From: Alphaproteobacteria bacterium
GTDB lineage: Bacteria; Pseudomonadota; Alphaproteobacteria; GCA-2731375
Direction: 5' to 3'
Length of the DNA stretch: 64,000 bases
Assembly: GCA_965232515.1 (NCBI GenBank)
Contig: CBDDPY010000002.1
Coordinates: 6,112,001-6,176,000 of the forward strand
The notes below the pieces were generated by a model that was not told the origin of the DNA, searched no databases, and saw only the letters and a list, made by a program, of their open reading frames with translations. Shown here piece after piece: positions 1-10,222 of this stretch. The position numbers were made by a program, and so were the translations under genes. Position 1 is the first letter of the stretch; each line of letters begins with the position of its first letter.

Positions 1-7
1 GATCGTG

Positions 8-442
8 CTACTCGACCCGGGTCCAGATCTGGGATTTGCAGAAGATCAGCACGCAACCCTCGACCTTCAACGTCTTGTCGTCCTGCAGGCTCATCTTCGA
101 TTTGTAGGTCTTGCCGTCTTCCGGATTGTAGATCCGGCCTCCGGACCAGCTGGCGCCGTCCGACGTCTCGAAGCCCGACAGAAGGCGCAGGCCGACGATG
201 GTCCTGTCACGCTGGGTTTCGTCTTCGTTGAAGATATCGCGCTTCGGCACGCCTTGATCGTCGTTGGGCTCTTTCAGCCAGACGATGACGCCGCACAGGC
301 GTTCGCCGCACGGTTCGATCCGGACATGCGATTTCTCCTTCTCCGTGGCCCAAAGCCCCGCGGCACCGGCCGCCATCGCGGGTGAGATCATCGTCAGGGA
401 CACGGCGAGGGCGACAAGAAGATAGCGAAAAGCGATCAACAC
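8..442 (-). CDS. DUF2147 domain exported protein
   Basis: Signal peptide; GLWAT, CGERLCGVIVW, WSGGRIYNPEDGKTY, GCVLIFCKSQIWTR are typical of DUF2147. Confidence 0.9.
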   Translation of the reverse strand: MLIAFRYLLVALAVSLTMISPAMAAGAAGLWATEKEKSHVRIEPCGERLCGVIVWLKEPNDDQGVPKRDIFNEDETQRDRTIVGLRLLSGFETSDGASWSGGRIYNPEDGKTYKSKMSLQDDKTLKVEGCVLIFCKSQIWTRVE

Positions 443-495
443 GGCCTCCGTTGCCTATCGAACACCACGGATATATAGGGCGCGATGCCGGAGAA

Positions 496-1215
496 TCAGC
501 CGCCGTTGCACCGTTGATATGTTTCGACCCGGTTCATCAGCCGGTGCATGGGACCGTCGGCGATGCCGAGCTCGTCCAGGTGCAGCACCAGATTGTGCAG
601 ATAGTCGGCGCAACGGCCGAGCTGGCCTTCCGCCGTGGCTAGCGCCTTGACGGTCTCGTCCTCGGGCATGTCGGCGACATAGCGCTCGTGCTGGCGATTG
701 ATCACGAAGGTGACCGCGCGGATCGGCCCCTTGTCGGTGTGCACCGTCACCCATTCGGCCCGATACGCGCCGCTCAGCATCTCGCGGCGCCAGACGATCT
801 GAGTTTCGCTCTCGACGTGATCGGAATCGATCCGGAGCGCGAGACCACGACAGCTGCCGCCGGGCTCCATCCCCAGCATCAGGCCGGGCTGTTCCGGCGA
901 GCCGCGGCCGATCGGCGTCGACAGGCAAAAGCTGCGGTGATAGCCGTAGATCAAGCCCGGCACGCGATCGGCGACATGGCAGGCCGGGTTCCACATCAGC
1001 GAGCCGTAGGCGAAAATCCAGACGTCCTCGTCCGGACCGATATCGCTCAGCACGTCGCGGCGGATCGCCTCGCGCTCTTCGGCCTCCATGACGATGAAAG
1101 CGCCGATCCGGTGGGCCTCCTGGCGGATCTGGGCGACACGTTCCTCGGTGATATCCTCGCGCCGCAGGCCGTCGTTGACGATGCCCCGAAGTTTCAACCG
1201 CAAATCCTCAACCAA
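496..1215 (-). CDS. chaC: ChaC-family glutathione-specific gamma-glutamylcyclotransferase
   Basis: WIFAYGSLMWNP, RGSPEQPGLMLG, WRREM motifs. Confidence 0.9.
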   Translation of the reverse strand: MVEDLRLKLRGIVNDGLRREDITEERVAQIRQEAHRIGAFIVMEAEEREAIRRDVLSDIGPDEDVWIFAYGSLMWNPACHVADRVPGLIYGYHRSFCLSTPIGRGSPEQPGLMLGMEPGGSCRGLALRIDSDHVESETQIVWRREMLSGAYRAEWVTVHTDKGPIRAVTFVINRQHERYVADMPEDETVKALATAEGQLGRCADYLHNLVLHLDELGIADGPMHRLMNRVETYQRCNGG

Positions 1216-1338
1216 AATCGACCGCGCCCGTCTTGACGAATGGGGCCCGTCGAAAAATGCATGCCAATGCCGGAGCGGCCCGTAGTATCTCTTCTCACCT
1301 TACCTATACCCGGCAAAGGCGACAGAGCAAGCGCTGTG

Positions 1339-1920
1339 ATGAAAATTGAGGCAGTTGAGTTGAACGGCGAAGGATTGACGCTGGAGCCGTTCGCACGATC
1401 GCACTACGAGGGGCTGGCGGCGATCGTCGATGACCCGAAAATCTGGCCCTATATGGGCATGGATGCCTCGGGCGGTAGCTATGACGCCTGGTTCGCCGCC
1501 GCCGAGGCGACCACGGCAAACGGCAGCGACGCCCATTTCGTGGTCCGCCGAAATGCCGACGGCCGGCTGGTCGGCAGCAGCCGGTACCTGAACATCTTTC
1601 CCGAGCACAAGCGACTGGAGATCGGCAGTACCTGGTACGCGCCGGACGCCTGGGGCAGCAAGGTCAATCCGGAATGCAAGCTGCTGATGATCCGCCATGC
1701 TTTCGAGACGCTTGAACTGAACCGGGTCGAGTTCCGCTGCGATGCCCGCAACGAACGCTCACGCGCGGCGCTGCACAAGCTGGGCGCGGTCGAGGAGGGC
1801 GTGCTGCGCAAGCACATGATCGTGCAGCACGGCTATGTCCGCGACAGCGTCCAGTTCGGCATCATCCGCGAAGACTGGCCGGGCGTGAAGGCCGGCCTGG
1901 AGGCGCGGCTGGCCGCCTGA
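1339..1920 (+). CDS. RimJ/RimL-like GNAT N-acetyltransferase
   Basis: LEIGSTWY, NPECKLLM, DARNERSRAALHKLGAVEEGVLRKH; start placed at ATG 1339. Confidence 0.88.
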   Translation: MKIEAVELNGEGLTLEPFARSHYEGLAAIVDDPKIWPYMGMDASGGSYDAWFAAAEATTANGSDAHFVVRRNADGRLVGSSRYLNIFPEHKRLEIGSTWYAPDAWGSKVNPECKLLMIRHAFETLELNRVEFRCDARNERSRAALHKLGAVEEGVLRKHMIVQHGYVRDSVQFGIIREDWPGVKAGLEARLAA

Positions 1921-1925
1921 TCTTT

Positions 1926-2615
1926 CTATTCGGCGACCGGCAGGCCGCCGGTGCAGACGTAGAGCAGACAGCCCTCGTCCGACCAGGCCCTGTGCCCGCT
2001 GCCGACGGGGCAGCGCACCCAGGTGCCCTTGGCATAGGTGCCGTTTTCGTCGCTGACAGATCCTGCCAGCACGAAGGCCTCTTCGCCGCCGGGATGCGGA
2101 TGGTGCGGCACGCGTGCGCCGGGTGCGAACCGGACCAGCCGGATCGTCTCCGGAAACCCCGACTGGCTATAGAGCAGCTTGACCTCCAACCCGTCGACCG
2201 ACCCCGGTGACCAGTCCATGCCGGCGCTCTCGGTCGCCGTGGTCTGGCGTTCGAGGCCGGCATACTGCCGCAGCTTCACGAACAGCGTGCAGCCGTCGTC
2301 CGACCAGGGCGCATGGCCGTGGCCTTCCGGGTTCAACAGATGGCTGCCGGGCGGGTAGACGCCATGCTCGTCGGCCCACGTGCCTTCCAGCACGAGGATC
2401 TCTTCGCCCTCCGGATGGCCGTGATAGGGAAACTGCGCGCCCGCGTCGAAACGCACGATCGAGGTCACGCGACCCGCCTCGGGCGGCCCGACATGGTCGA
2501 GCCGCTTGCGCCAGATGCCGGCGGCCGGGCTGGCGACCCAGTCCATGGCGGCCGAGTCCACGACCGCGCGGCCGAAATGGCCCCGATCGATGGCCAACGC
2601 CTGTGATGACGACAT
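1926..2615 (-). CDS. ChrR-like tandem cupin protein
   Basis: Two cupin repeats: HGHPEGEEILVLEG and HPHPGGEEAFVLAG. Confidence 0.88.
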   Translation of the reverse strand: MSSSQALAIDRGHFGRAVVDSAAMDWVASPAAGIWRKRLDHVGPPEAGRVTSIVRFDAGAQFPYHGHPEGEEILVLEGTWADEHGVYPPGSHLLNPEGHGHAPWSDDGCTLFVKLRQYAGLERQTTATESAGMDWSPGSVDGLEVKLLYSQSGFPETIRLVRFAPGARVPHHPHPGGEEAFVLAGSVSDENGTYAKGTWVRCPVGSGHRAWSDEGCLLYVCTGGLPVAE

Positions 2616-2618
2616 GCG

Positions 2619-3440
2619 TTAGCTGCCGGCTTTCGCCGCGTCCCAGTACTGGTTGTTGAGGTAACCGATCATGCTGTCGTGCTGGCCCTCGAGGCACTTG
2701 CGCATGCTTTTCGCCAGGCCGTAGCTGGCGCCATGGTCGCAGTGGAACCAGGCGAAGCGCAGCGACTCGACCGTGTTCGGCGTCAGCGTCGCGTAGCGCG
2801 GATCCGATACCGTCATCCGCCACAACGATTGCCGGGTGGCCGCATCGACGCGGCCCCGCGTCGGCAGCGCGTTGATCATCTGGCTGGCGAGGCGCGCCGC
2901 GACGACGCGATCGCCCTCGGAATCGACCAGCGTGTCGCCGAGCGCCCGCAGCGGGCCGGTGGCGAGGTCGAGCTCCAGCTCGTCTTGCGGGTTATCGTCG
3001 CCCGGCATCGGTTCCGGGATTAGCGCGACGTTCTGGCCGACCGATACCGATACCTTGGCGAGCTCCAGATCCCGTACGACGTCGCCGGCGACCGCGACGC
3101 GGACCGCGACGTGCGTGCGCAGCGCGGTAATGGTCAGGTCCTTCGCCGGGTCCAGCATCACGGTGCGGCCGTCATGCGTGGTGCCGGTCGCCCGCAGGTC
3201 CGCGTCCGCCGTCGTCAGATAGCGGGTGCCGTGCACCGGCGAGCGGCGGTCCGGCTGCAGGCAATAGGCCGAGAACTCGGCCCAACACTCGCCGCCCGCA
3301 CAGTTCAGCTCGACCGGCTGGCTGTCCGCGACCAGCGCCAGCACCTGCGGCGCCGCTTCCGCCGGCGTGGCGGCGACGTTCAACGCCATCGCGCCGGCCG
3401 CGATGATCGAAAGCCCCAATGTCTTGAATTCGGTCCGCAT
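2619..3440 (-). CDS. Exported hypothetical protein with several Cys residues
   Basis: ATG 3440 preceded by GAGGGG; N-terminal signal peptide; coding-like composition. Confidence 0.75.
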   Translation of the reverse strand: MRTEFKTLGLSIIAAGAMALNVAATPAEAAPQVLALVADSQPVELNCAGGECWAEFSAYCLQPDRRSPVHGTRYLTTADADLRATGTTHDGRTVMLDPAKDLTITALRTHVAVRVAVAGDVVRDLELAKVSVSVGQNVALIPEPMPGDDNPQDELELDLATGPLRALGDTLVDSEGDRVVAARLASQMINALPTRGRVDAATRQSLWRMTVSDPRYATLTPNTVESLRFAWFHCDHGASYGLAKSMRKCLEGQHDSMIGYLNNQYWDAAKAGS

Positions 3441-3595
3441 GCGTGTCCCCTCGGCAGAATGGCGCTCGCTCACGCGGACCCGGGGCGGATGGCCGCCGCG
3501 GGCTCGGCCCGCGTGCACGTGAAAAGCGTTCCACGTCGCCGCGCCGGGGTCAATGCCACATGGCGCGATTGTGACCGCGGCGTGCGTGTCGTCGG

Positions 3596-5023
3596 TCAGG
3601 CCAACGGCGGGCGGCGATCGAACCAGGGCTGCGCCTGCTCGATCTGGCTGGCCATGCGCAGCAGCAGCGCCTCGTTGCCGAAGTCGGCGCCAAGCTGCAC
3701 GCCGACCGGCAGGCCGTCGTCGGTCCAGTGCAGCGGTAGCGAGCAGGCCGGCTGGCCGGTGATGTTGAACAATGGCGTGAACGGCAGCCGCCGGAACAAC
3801 GCGTCGAAATAATCCTCGGGCGCGGCCATCATGTCGACGGTGCCCAGCGGCAGCGGCGGATTGGCGAGCGTTGGCGACAGCAACAAATCGTAGTTTGCGA
3901 AAAAGCCACCAATCCGCCGGCCCGTCGCGTGCAGCACCTGGATGGCACGCGCATAGTCCGCGGCCGAGAAACCGCGCGCCTGCTCGGCCAGGTACCAGGT
4001 GGCACGCTCGACATCGTCCTCGCGCGGTTCCCGGCCGAGCGCGGCACAGCGCGTGTCGATGACGTGCCGCATGTTGCCGCCGATAATGATCTGCACGGCA
4101 TCATTGATGGCCGCAATGTCGACATCGATGGCGGTGGGCTCGACATGGTGGCCCAGGTCCTCGCAGAGCTTCGCCGTCGCCTCCGCGCCTGCCACGCAGA
4201 CCGGATCGACGTCGTGGCCGCTGGGCGCGGCGGTGATCAGTCCGATCCGCAGCCGGCCCGGATCGGCGCCGACCTCGTCGCTGAACGGCCGCGCCGGCGG
4301 CGGCGCGCAATAGGGATCGCCGGGCGCAGGGCCGTGCGTCGCGTCGAGCAGGGCGGCGCTGTCGCGCACGCTGCGGGTAACCGCATGGCCGACACCCATA
4401 CCGCTCCAACCCTCGCCGACATCGGGGCCGGACGGGTTGCGCGCCCGCGTCGGCTTCAGGCCGAACAGGCCGCAGTTCGCGGCCGGGATGCGGATCGAGC
4501 CACCGCCGTCGGTGGCGTGCGCCGCCGGCAGCATGCCGGCCGCCACGGCCGCCGCGGCGCCGCCGCTGGAGCCGCCGGGGCTGTGTTCGGTGTTCCAGGG
4601 ATTGCGGGTGGCGCCGTGCAGCACCGGCTCGGTGAAGAAGTTGTAGCCGAACTCCGGCGAATTGGTCTTGCCCATGATCACCAGGCCGGCGGCGCGCAGG
4701 CGTTCGGTCAGCGTGCTGTCGTGGTCGGCGACGAAGTCGGCGAACAGGCGGCTGCCGTTGGTGGTCGGCGCGCCGGTGTAGAGGACATAGAGGTCCTTCA
4801 GCATGTAGGGCACGCCCGACAGCGGACCCGCCGGCAGGCCGGCGTCGATGCTGGCCCGCGCCGTGTCGTGCATCTTGTGGACAACAGCGTTCAGCGCCGG
4901 GTTGCGGGCGTCCACCCGCTCGATGGCCGCGTCCAGCACCTCGGTCGCGCCGACCTCGCCGCGGCGGATCAGATCGGCCAACCCAAGCGCATCGTAGTTT
5001 TCGTATTCCTGGAACCCGGTCAT
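3596..5023 (-). CDS. Amidase signature family enzyme (6-aminohexanoate-cyclic-dimer hydrolase-like)
   Basis: [35 protein letters not shown]; start at MTGFQEY. Confidence 0.92.
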   Translation of the reverse strand: MTGFQEYENYDALGLADLIRRGEVGATEVLDAAIERVDARNPALNAVVHKMHDTARASIDAGLPAGPLSGVPYMLKDLYVLYTGAPTTNGSRLFADFVADHDSTLTERLRAAGLVIMGKTNSPEFGYNFFTEPVLHGATRNPWNTEHSPGGSSGGAAAAVAAGMLPAAHATDGGGSIRIPAANCGLFGLKPTRARNPSGPDVGEGWSGMGVGHAVTRSVRDSAALLDATHGPAPGDPYCAPPPARPFSDEVGADPGRLRIGLITAAPSGHDVDPVCVAGAEATAKLCEDLGHHVEPTAIDVDIAAINDAVQIIIGGNMRHVIDTRCAALGREPREDDVERATWYLAEQARGFSAADYARAIQVLHATGRRIGGFFANYDLLLSPTLANPPLPLGTVDMMAAPEDYFDALFRRLPFTPLFNITGQPACSLPLHWTDDGLPVGVQLGADFGNEALLLRMASQIEQAQPWFDRRPPLA

Positions 5024-5105
5024 CTCGGCATGCCCCCTATGGCGAACGGTGTAGGAACAGCCTAGGTTTGTTGCCAGCATGCGCGCAAGCGAGGTGTGTA
5101 AGATC

Positions 5106-5525
5106 ATGCAGCAGCAACACCATTGTCTCGTCATCGAGCCGCCGCGGCAGGGGCTGCACGACATCACGGCCGAGATCGCCGAATGGCTGACCGAACAGGC
5201 GGTCGGCGATGGCCTGCTCACGGTGTTCATCCGACATACCTCGGCCTCGCTGTTGATCCAGGAGAACTGGGACGACGACGTGCAGGCCGATCTCGAGGCT
5301 TTCTTCATGAAGCTGGTGCCGGAGGAGTCCACGCTCTACCGCCACATCGCCGAGGGCGACGACGACATGCCGGCGCATATCAAGGGCGCGTTGACGCAGA
5401 CCCATCTGAATATACCGGTGCGTGGGCGTCAGCTACGGATCGGCCGCTATCAGGGAATCTATCTGTTCGAGCACCGCCGCAGACCCCGGCCACGGGAGCT
5501 CGACCTGCACCTGATCGGCGACTAG
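5106..5525 (+). CDS. yjbQ: YjbQ/UPF0047 (secondary thiamine-phosphate synthase-like)
   Basis: HTSASLLIQEN, EGDDDMPAHIK, G.YQGIYLFEHR. Confidence 0.9.
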   Translation: MQQQHHCLVIEPPRQGLHDITAEIAEWLTEQAVGDGLLTVFIRHTSASLLIQENWDDDVQADLEAFFMKLVPEESTLYRHIAEGDDDMPAHIKGALTQTHLNIPVRGRQLRIGRYQGIYLFEHRRRPRPRELDLHLIGD

Positions 5526-5790
5526 CCCGCATTTCTCAATCCCCGCACGGTCTGCGTCGCGCACAGGCGTCCGCTCCGCCAGGAGCGGGCCGAAAAGCGT
5601 AGCGGGCCTACGGTTGAGGGCCGCGACGCCGCGGGCGGGCGCCTGCGCGCGACCCTTCGGGCGGCGCCGTGCTGCCGACAGGGAGCGTCGCGCTGCTTGC
5701 CCGATGTCCCACATCGCGCCGCGCAGCGCTCCTGCCCTGTCGGCAGCACGACGCCGCGCAGACCATGCAGGGTTTAAGAAATGTGGGCTA
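5523..5790. mobile_element. 268-bp MITE/REPIN-like palindromic element
   Basis: 34-bp terminal inverted repeats (5523-5556 and 5757-5790, 29/34 match) beginning with TAG; internal IRs at 5556-5574/5635-5653 and 5661-5683/5735-5757; no transposase. Confidence 0.75.
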
Positions 5791-6981
5791 ACGCTCCGGA
5801 TGGGCGGGCTGCGGCGGTTCGCCGACATAGTGGGCGCGCGGGCGGATCAGGTTGCCCTGCCGGTACTGCTCCTGCGCATGCGCGATCCAGCCAACGCAAC
5901 GGCCCACGGCGAAGATCGACAGCGGCGCCGATGACGGCAGGCCGAGGGCGCGGGCCAGCAGGACCAGCGCTACGTCGATGGTCGGCTCGCCGTCGGTCAT
6001 CAGCCTGACCGCCGCCAGCACGCGATCGCCCCATTCGACGGCATCGGCCTCGCGCAGCATCGCCAGCAGAGCGTGCGCGCGGATATCGCCGGCCGGATAG
6101 AGCGGATGGCCGAAGCCAGGCAGGCTGTCGCCGCGTGACAGGCGTTCGGCGACCGCGGCTTCGACATCGCCGGCGGTCTCGAACTCGTTGAACAATGCCG
6201 CGACGCGCGCCGTGATACCGCCGTGGCGCGGACCCTGCAGCGCCGCCAGGCCGGCCAGCACCGCGGCATATGGCGTGGCGCGGGTCGAGGCGACGCAACG
6301 GACGGTGAAGGTCGACGCGTTCAGCTCGTGATCCGCGCAGAGCACGAGCGCGGCGCGCAGCAAATCGGCGCCCGCGGCGTCGACCCTCCAGGCCTCGCCC
6401 AGCACACTGTGGATCGGTGCGTCGCCCACCGGCGTGCCGGCGACGCCGGCCGCCAGCAGGCGCAGAATGCGGGCGCCGGTGCGGGCGACGCCAGCGGCTT
6501 CCAGGTTGTAGGCCCGCGCATCGGCCTCGGCTGCCCAAGGCAGCATGGCCTGACACCTGACCATGCCGTCGAGGCCGTCGGGCACGGCGACGTCGGGCGG
6601 CGGATTGTCGACGAACGGATCGGCCTCGCCGGCGTCCCACAACAGGCCCGCGACCGTTTCGAGACTGGCCGCCCGAGCCAGGCGCGCGGCATCGCGGCCG
6701 CGATAATAGAGCCGGCCGTCGGCGATCAGGGTCAGGCTGGAATCAAGTACCGGCAGGCCGAAGTTCAACGCGTCGCCGGCAATGCTTTCGGGATCGCGGC
6801 CCGGTCCCTTCCGCGCCCGCAGCGCTCGGACGTCGTCGGCCCGGTAGAGGCGGCTGCGGCTGTTGCCGCTGGCCTCCGAGCGGATCTGGCCACGGCTGAC
6901 GTAGGCGTAGAGCGTCGCCCGGCTGACGTTCAGTTCGGCTGCCGCCTCCCGCGCCGTCAGGTACTGCTTTTCCGTCGTCAT
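5788..6981 (-). CDS. HTH (excisionase/MerR-like)-citrate synthase-family fusion
   Basis: N-term YLTAREAAAELNVSRATLYAYVSRG; C-term DHELNAST, GPRHGG, GFGHPLY. Confidence 0.9.
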   Translation of the reverse strand: MTTEKQYLTAREAAAELNVSRATLYAYVSRGQIRSEASGNSRSRLYRADDVRALRARKGPGRDPESIAGDALNFGLPVLDSSLTLIADGRLYYRGRDAARLARAASLETVAGLLWDAGEADPFVDNPPPDVAVPDGLDGMVRCQAMLPWAAEADARAYNLEAAGVARTGARILRLLAAGVAGTPVGDAPIHSVLGEAWRVDAAGADLLRAALVLCADHELNASTFTVRCVASTRATPYAAVLAGLAALQGPRHGGITARVAALFNEFETAGDVEAAVAERLSRGDSLPGFGHPLYPAGDIRAHALLAMLREADAVEWGDRVLAAVRLMTDGEPTIDVALVLLARALGLPSSAPLSIFAVGRCVGWIAHAQEQYRQGNLIRPRAHYVGEPPQPAHPER

Positions 6982-6988
6982 CGTCGTG

Positions 6989-7005
6989 TTGATCGTATTA
7001 ATCAA
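6989..7005. promoter_or_regulatory. Palindromic operator candidate TTGAT-N7-ATCAA between divergent citrate synthase-family genes
   Basis: ttgatcgtattaatcaa in an AT-rich spacer, next to TTGACG (7008-7013) and a further TTGAT half-site. Confidence 0.55.
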
Positions 7006-7070
7006 TATTGACGATATATTGATCGCATGCCTATCTCCCGTCAAGCAATAGAGATCGAAAGGAGCGCGAG

Positions 7071-8168
7071 ATGGCCGCTGGATTGGAAGATGTCGTCGCC
7101 GCGGAAACCCGTCTGAGCCACGTGGATGGCCAAGCGGGGCGGCTGCTGATCGCCGGGTACGATGTGGATGACCTGGCCGGCGGCATGCGGTTCGAGGATG
7201 TGGCGGCGTTGCTCTGGCAGGATCTGGCGCCGCGGAACGCCAACGCAACGGAGATCGCCGAACAATTGGGCGCGGCCCGGCTGGCGGCGGCGGAAATGCT
7301 GCCAGAGCTCCTGCACACGACCGAAGGATTGAACCCGATCGAAGGCTTGCGCGCCGGGCTCGCCATGCTGGCCGACCACGACGACGACCGCGACCATATC
7401 CGGGTGACCGCGGCGATCCCCGTCTTCATGGCGGCACTGTCGCGGCACGCGCAAGGCCTGTCACCTGTTATGCCTGACGCGAAACGCGGGCAGGCGGATG
7501 ACTTCCTGCACATGCTGCACGGCCGGAAACCGGAGCGCTCGCATGTCGCGGCGCTCGACACCTATCTGGTGACGGTGTCGGACCACGGCATGAACGCGTC
7601 GACCTTTACCGCCCGCGTTGTCGCCTCGACTCGGGCCGGCATGGTGTCGAGCGTCGTCGCCGCGCTGTGTGCCCTGAAAGGGCCCCTGCACGGCGGCGCG
7701 CCGGGCCCGGTGCTGGACATGCTGGACGAGATCGGCTCGGCCGACCGGATCGAAGGCTGGCTCGACGCACGGCTGGCCGCGGGCGCGCGGCTGATGGGCT
7801 TCGGTCATCGGGTCTACCGCACCCGCGATCCACGCGCCGATGTCCTGAAGCGCGTCGTGCGGGATCTGCGCACCGGCGACAACCGTATCGCCTTCGCCGA
7901 GCAGATCGAGCGCGCCGCCATCGAGAAGTTGGCGACGCGTTATCCGGGCCGCCGACTCGATACCAATGTCGAGTTCTACACGGCGCTGGCGTTGGAGGCG
8001 GTCGGTCTGCCGCGCGACCTGTTCACCTGCCTGTTCGCCATGGGCCGCGTGTTGGGCTGGACGGCGCATGTCTTCGAACAGATCGCGACCAACCGCATCA
8101 TGCGTCCGCAATCGAGCTATGTCGGCCCCTGGCCCGACGGCAAGGTGCGCGCCGTCGCCGGCGGCTGA
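7071..8168 (+). CDS. Citrate synthase / 2-methylcitrate synthase
   Basis: GLEDVVAAET, DHGMNASTF, GPLHGGA, MGFGHRVY, NVEFY; AAAGGAG RBS. Confidence 0.92.
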   Translation: MAAGLEDVVAAETRLSHVDGQAGRLLIAGYDVDDLAGGMRFEDVAALLWQDLAPRNANATEIAEQLGAARLAAAEMLPELLHTTEGLNPIEGLRAGLAMLADHDDDRDHIRVTAAIPVFMAALSRHAQGLSPVMPDAKRGQADDFLHMLHGRKPERSHVAALDTYLVTVSDHGMNASTFTARVVASTRAGMVSSVVAALCALKGPLHGGAPGPVLDMLDEIGSADRIEGWLDARLAAGARLMGFGHRVYRTRDPRADVLKRVVRDLRTGDNRIAFAEQIERAAIEKLATRYPGRRLDTNVEFYTALALEAVGLPRDLFTCLFAMGRVLGWTAHVFEQIATNRIMRPQSSYVGPWPDGKVRAVAGG

Positions 8169-8221
8169 GATCGGCATCGGCGCACGTTCCGTCGCGGGCG
8201 TCGACAGGCTATGCTGTCGCC

Positions 8222-9094
8222 ATGACGAAATTGACGGACGAGCAAATCGCCGCGTTCCGGCGCGACGGCTATCTGATGGTCGGCGGCGCGGTCGACGCGG
8301 CCGCGCTGGCGGCGATGCGGCAGCAACTGGACGATTGGATCGACGAGAGCCGCGAGCATGCCGATAGCTGGGGCGAGACCGTCGGCGGATCGCCCCGGTT
8401 CGATCTGGAGGCGGGACACGCGGCCGATGCGCCGCGCCTGCGGCGGATCAACAATCCGGCCGAGATTTCAGACGCGTTTTTCGCCACCACCTTCGACGGC
8501 CCGGTGGCCGAGATGGTGGCCGACCTGATCGGCCCAGATGTGAAGTTCCACCACGGCAAGATCAACAGCAAGCAGCCGCGCACCGACAGCCGGGTCGGTT
8601 TGCATCAGGACTTCTCCTACACGCCGCACACCAACGACGACATCGTCACCGTGCTGCTGCTGCTGGATGACATGACGGTCGAGAACGGCCCGTTGCGGGT
8701 CGCGCCCGGCACCCATCGCGAGGGCCAGAAGAGCCTCTGGCACGACGGTGTGTTCACCGGGCAGGTCGCCGCCGACGTGGCGGCGGAAATGGAAGGTCGC
8801 CTGGTCACGCTGACCGGCAAGGCGGGCGATGTCTGCCTGATGCATACCAATCTGCTGCATGGGTCGGCGCCGAACGGCTCGGACGAGCGGCGGACGCTGT
8901 TTATCTCCGTCTACACGGCCGCGGACGCGGTGGCCCTGGCGGCGTCGCCGTTGCCGAACCGGTTCGAGAACAAAATCGTCGCCGGGCAGGCCGTGCGAAC
9001 CGCGCGGCTGACAGTCGACCGGGTCGAGCTGCCGGCCGCTTCGCACAGCGGCTCGTTCTTCAATCTGGCGGGTCAGGGCACCAATACGGGCTGA
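8222..9094 (+). CDS. Phytanoyl-CoA dioxygenase (PhyH) family Fe/2OG dioxygenase
   Basis: FRRDGYL, HQD, NGPLRVAPGTH, LLHGSAPN. Confidence 0.88.
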   Translation: MTKLTDEQIAAFRRDGYLMVGGAVDAAALAAMRQQLDDWIDESREHADSWGETVGGSPRFDLEAGHAADAPRLRRINNPAEISDAFFATTFDGPVAEMVADLIGPDVKFHHGKINSKQPRTDSRVGLHQDFSYTPHTNDDIVTVLLLLDDMTVENGPLRVAPGTHREGQKSLWHDGVFTGQVAADVAAEMEGRLVTLTGKAGDVCLMHTNLLHGSAPNGSDERRTLFISVYTAADAVALAASPLPNRFENKIVAGQAVRTARLTVDRVELPAASHSGSFFNLAGQGTNTG

Positions 9095-9199
9095 CCGCGC
9101 CCGTGATTGTTTTCGTCTAAGAAACAATATTGTTCCGTCTGGTCGCTTTGTGGCGGCCGTGGCCCCACTTATATGTCGTCGAAACAGGGGAGTGGCAGC

Positions 9200-10165
9200 A
9201 TGGGCATGCTGATCGACGGCGCGTGGATTGAGGACGACGCCAAGTACCGGCAATCCGGCGGCAAGTTCGTTCGCCGCGACTCGCATTTCCGCAACTGGGT
9301 GACATCGGACGGATCGTCCGGCTATCCCGCCGAGGCCGGGCGGTACCATCTCTATGTGGCCGCGGCCTGTCCCTGGGCGCACCGGACGATCCTGTTCCGC
9401 AAGCTGAAGGGTCTCGAGGACGCGATCTCGCTGTCCTATGTCGATCCGGTCGCGCTGGCCGGCGGCTGGGCCTTCACCAGCGAGCCCGACCCACTGTTCG
9501 ACGCCAATTTCCTGCACGAGATCTATCAGCGCGCCGATAAGAGCTACACCGGCCGGGTGACCGTCCCGGTGTTGTGGGACCAGCAGACCGACGGAATCGT
9601 GAACAACGAGTCGTCCGAAATCATCCGTATGTTCAACAACGCCTTCGACACGATCGGCAATGCGGCGGTGGACTACTATCCGGCGGCGCTGCGGGCTGAT
9701 ATCGACGCGATCAACGCTGTCATCTACGACCGCGTCAACAACGGCGTCTACAAGTGCGGTTTTGCCAGAGCGCAGGAGGCGTACGATGAGGCTTTCGACG
9801 TTCTGTTCGCCACGCTCGACGACCTGGAGCAACGTCTCGACGGGCAGCGCTACCTCGTCGGCGATCGTCTGACCGAGGCCGATTGGCGACTGTTCACCAC
9901 GCTGGTGCGGTTCGACGCCGTCTATTTCGGGCACTTCAAGTGCAACCTGAGGCGCATCGCCGACTACCCGAACCTGTCGAACTATCTGCGCGAGCTCTAC
10001 CAGATGCCGGGCGTTGCCGACACGGTCGATCTGGAAGATTTCAAGACCCATTACTATGCGAGCCAGTTGTCGGTCAATCCGACCGGTATCGTGGCGAGAG
10101 GGCCCGAGCTGGATCTCAGCGCGCCGCATGACCGCGGCCGTTTCGCCGTCGCCGCGGCCGAATAA
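9200..10165 (+). CDS. yqjG: Glutathionyl-hydroquinone reductase (YqjG/Xi-class GST)
   Basis: RYHLYVAAACPWAHR, VTVPVLWD, NNESSEIIR, NNGVYKCGFA. Confidence 0.92.
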   Translation: MGMLIDGAWIEDDAKYRQSGGKFVRRDSHFRNWVTSDGSSGYPAEAGRYHLYVAAACPWAHRTILFRKLKGLEDAISLSYVDPVALAGGWAFTSEPDPLFDANFLHEIYQRADKSYTGRVTVPVLWDQQTDGIVNNESSEIIRMFNNAFDTIGNAAVDYYPAALRADIDAINAVIYDRVNNGVYKCGFARAQEAYDEAFDVLFATLDDLEQRLDGQRYLVGDRLTEADWRLFTTLVRFDAVYFGHFKCNLRRIADYPNLSNYLRELYQMPGVADTVDLEDFKTHYYASQLSVNPTGIVARGPELDLSAPHDRGRFAVAAAE

Positions 10166-10222
10166 GACAGCCGCGGCAAGATGATCGCTACGGTTCGCGA
10201 CGTGCGACGGCCGGATTGAGCC

